A stretch of 32,000 nt of DNA, taken from NCBI GenBank assembly GCA_963677765.1, contig OY782392.1:360001-392000 (forward strand). The letters run 5' to 3'. The stretch comes from Candidatus Saccharimonadota bacterium (lineage in GTDB: Bacteria; Patescibacteriota; Gracilibacteria; BD1-5; UBA6164). The notes below the pieces were generated by a model. The model made no database searches. It saw only the letters and a program-made list of their open reading frames with translations, and had not been told where the DNA came from. This document shows positions 30,666-32,000 of the stretch, piece after piece (positions within the stretch are counted from its first letter, which is position 1; every line of letters starts with the position of its first letter). Made by a program: the position numbers and the translations under genes.

Positions 30666-31892
30666 TTAATCTAAGTTAAGTTGTTCTATAATTTTTTCTT
30701 TTAACTCATCTAAATTTTCTTTGTTAGATGCAGAAATAAATATAGGATTTAATTTATCATATTTATTTAATAAATATGATTTTTTTGATTCATGTACTAT
30801 ATTCTCTCCATCTTTTACTTCCTCAATAAACTCTCAATTCTCTAATGAATCTTTTTTATTAAAAACATATATTCTTTTTTGTTCAGCTCAAATATTAGAA
30901 AGAATATCTTCAACAACAGATATTTTTATTTCAAGCTTTGGGTCACTACAATCAATAACATGTAACAAAATATCTGATTCGATAGAATCTTCAAGAGTTG
31001 ATTTAAAAGCTTCTATAAGTTGAGGTGGTAATTCTCTAATAAATCATATAGTATCATTAATCAATATTTCTTTAGGAGCAATATATTCCCCTGTTTTTTC
31101 ATTATAAGATGCTTCTACAAACATTTTTCAAACACTTGTTCAAAGTGTTGCAAAAAGCTTGTCTTCAGCAAGAACTCATTTCTTAGTTAATGAATTTGTT
31201 AATGTTGATTTTCAAGCATTTGTATATCATACAACTCATACTGTAGAAATTCATTTTCTTGATCTTGATTGCCTATGTTGTTGTCTAACTTTCGCATAAT
31301 GCTCTAAATCCTTTTTTATAGCTAATTCCCTTCTTTGTAAATGTCTTTTCATTATCTCAGTATTTGTTTCTCAACTTCATTTTCATCATTGTTTTCATAA
31401 CTCCATTCACATATCAAATATACGAGGTCACATATGCTTAATAGAAGCAAGCTCTATTTGTAATTTAGCCTCTTTACTTTTAGCATTCTTTTCAAATATT
31501 TTTAAAATAAGATCTATTCTATCCCAAGCTTTTGCTCATATAGGTTTTAATTTTTCATTTATAGCATATATTTGTTTAGGCTTTAATATATTTCATAAAA
31601 TCAATATATTAGCATCATTCCTTTGCATTTCTTCTATTATTTCATCAAGTCTACCTTCTCATATAAAAGTTTTATAATCAGGAACTGACTTATTTTGAAT
31701 ATGCTTAACTATAACAACTCATCAATATGTATTTACAAGGTTTTCTAACTCAATCATTCTATCTTCCATATTGTGCCTAATTTCAGCATCTTCTGGTAGT
31801 ATATCAGCAACAAAAACTCTTAATTCTTTATTTGAATACTCCAGATTTTGTTGCAACTGTTCTAATTCTCTTTCACTAACTCTTCTATTCAT
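30666..31892 (-). CDS. hflX: GTPase HflX
   Basis: ATG 31892 and TAA 30668-30666 are in frame (408 aa). The HflX N-domain is present, including KLQIELASIKH. G1 GVVGYTNAGKSTL has the GKS Gly encoded by TGA at 31214-31212. DTIGFI and NKKD are also present. Confidence 0.9.
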
Positions 31893-31947
31893 AAATATTT
31901 TTTTAATTCTAATCTTTATTTATTATAAATATAATATATCTTTTATC

Positions 31948-31978
31948 AAAAAAAAAGCTTCTTTAAAAAAAAGAAGCT
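31948..31978 (-). terminator. Intrinsic terminator of an upstream minus-strand gene that ends at the window edge
   Basis: On the minus strand: AGCTTCTTT TTTTT AAAGAAGCT followed by T9. A possible in-frame TAG lies at 31979-31977. Confidence 0.55.
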
Positions 31979-32000
31979 AATTATAGCAAGAAAATTTTTT

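Noticed and set aside
1-32000. The fragmented ORF track could mean a decaying region full of pseudogenes.
   Set aside because: Every interruption is a TGA, and reading TGA as Gly restores full-length, motif-complete proteins whose starts and stops are in frame. No TAA/TAG interruptions or frameshifts were needed.
31977-32000. Possible 3' end of another minus-strand gene (...KKFSCYN-TAG) at the window edge.
   Set aside because: Only 7 codons are visible. The terminator just downstream supports a gene end, but the reading frame and product cannot be established.
1-32000. Search for tRNA, rRNA, CRISPR repeats, integrases or transposases, and long direct or inverted repeats.
   Set aside because: No GC-enriched tRNA-like segments (such as a GGTTCGAAT-type T-arm), no regularly spaced repeats and no recombinase-like ORFs were seen. 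The only repeats found are the 15-nt tandem at 7880-7915 and the terminator palindromes.

Overview
This is a very AT-rich, gene-dense bacterial chromosomal window that is only coherent under genetic code 25 (UGA = Gly), the code used by Gracilibacteria and Absconditabacteria/SR1 in the Candidate Phyla Radiation. The supplied standard-code ORF track is fragmented because in-frame TGA codons sit at invariant glycine positions of conserved proteins, while TGG still encodes Trp. Examples are V-G-W-K-G-L in DAHP synthase, GQDPYH in Ung, SGGKDS in the PP-loop ATPase and NAGKST in HflX. I re-translated both strands by hand with TGA=Gly and checked start/stop frame arithmetic. This gives 33 protein genes plus one leader peptide, with very short spacers and many palindromic A-tract/stem/T-tract terminators shared by convergent genes.

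Recognisable genes:
- Cell envelope: murA, a CDP-alcohol phosphatidyltransferase, a polysaccharide pyruvyl transferase, a GT4 glycosyltransferase, a WecB/TagA/CpsF glycosyltransferase.
- Translation and RNA modification: rplY (L25/Ctc), tyrS, tsaD, a TtcA-like PP-loop ATPase, hflX.
- DNA and nucleotide handling: ung, comM/yifB, holB-like, a MazG-like NTP pyrophosphohydrolase, a HIT hydrolase.
- Proteases: a PrsW-type protease, an M3 oligopeptidase.
- Regulators: a cNMP-binding protein, a wHTH regulator.
- Aromatic amino-acid operon: aroG-tyrA-pheA.
- Also present: two acidic lipoproteins, a type IV pilin-like NHL-repeat protein and several large membrane-anchored orphan proteins.

I could not find any rRNA, tRNA, CRISPR array, transposase or integrase.

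Most interesting observations:
1. A textbook-looking ribosome-mediated attenuator lies upstream of aroG-tyrA-pheA. It has a 25-codon leader peptide with seven consecutive Tyr/Phe codons (YFFFFYF), plus 1:2, 2:3 and 3:4 alternative hairpins, and it contains an in-frame UGA.
2. The only gene in the window with no in-frame TGA is the CDP-alcohol phosphatidyltransferase. It also carries the only canonical Shine-Dalgarno sequence and the only GC-rich terminator in the window, so it is a candidate recent import from a standard-code donor.
3. Use of the reassigned codon is strongly gene-dependent.

All coordinates come from manual translation. No database search or folding computation could be run.
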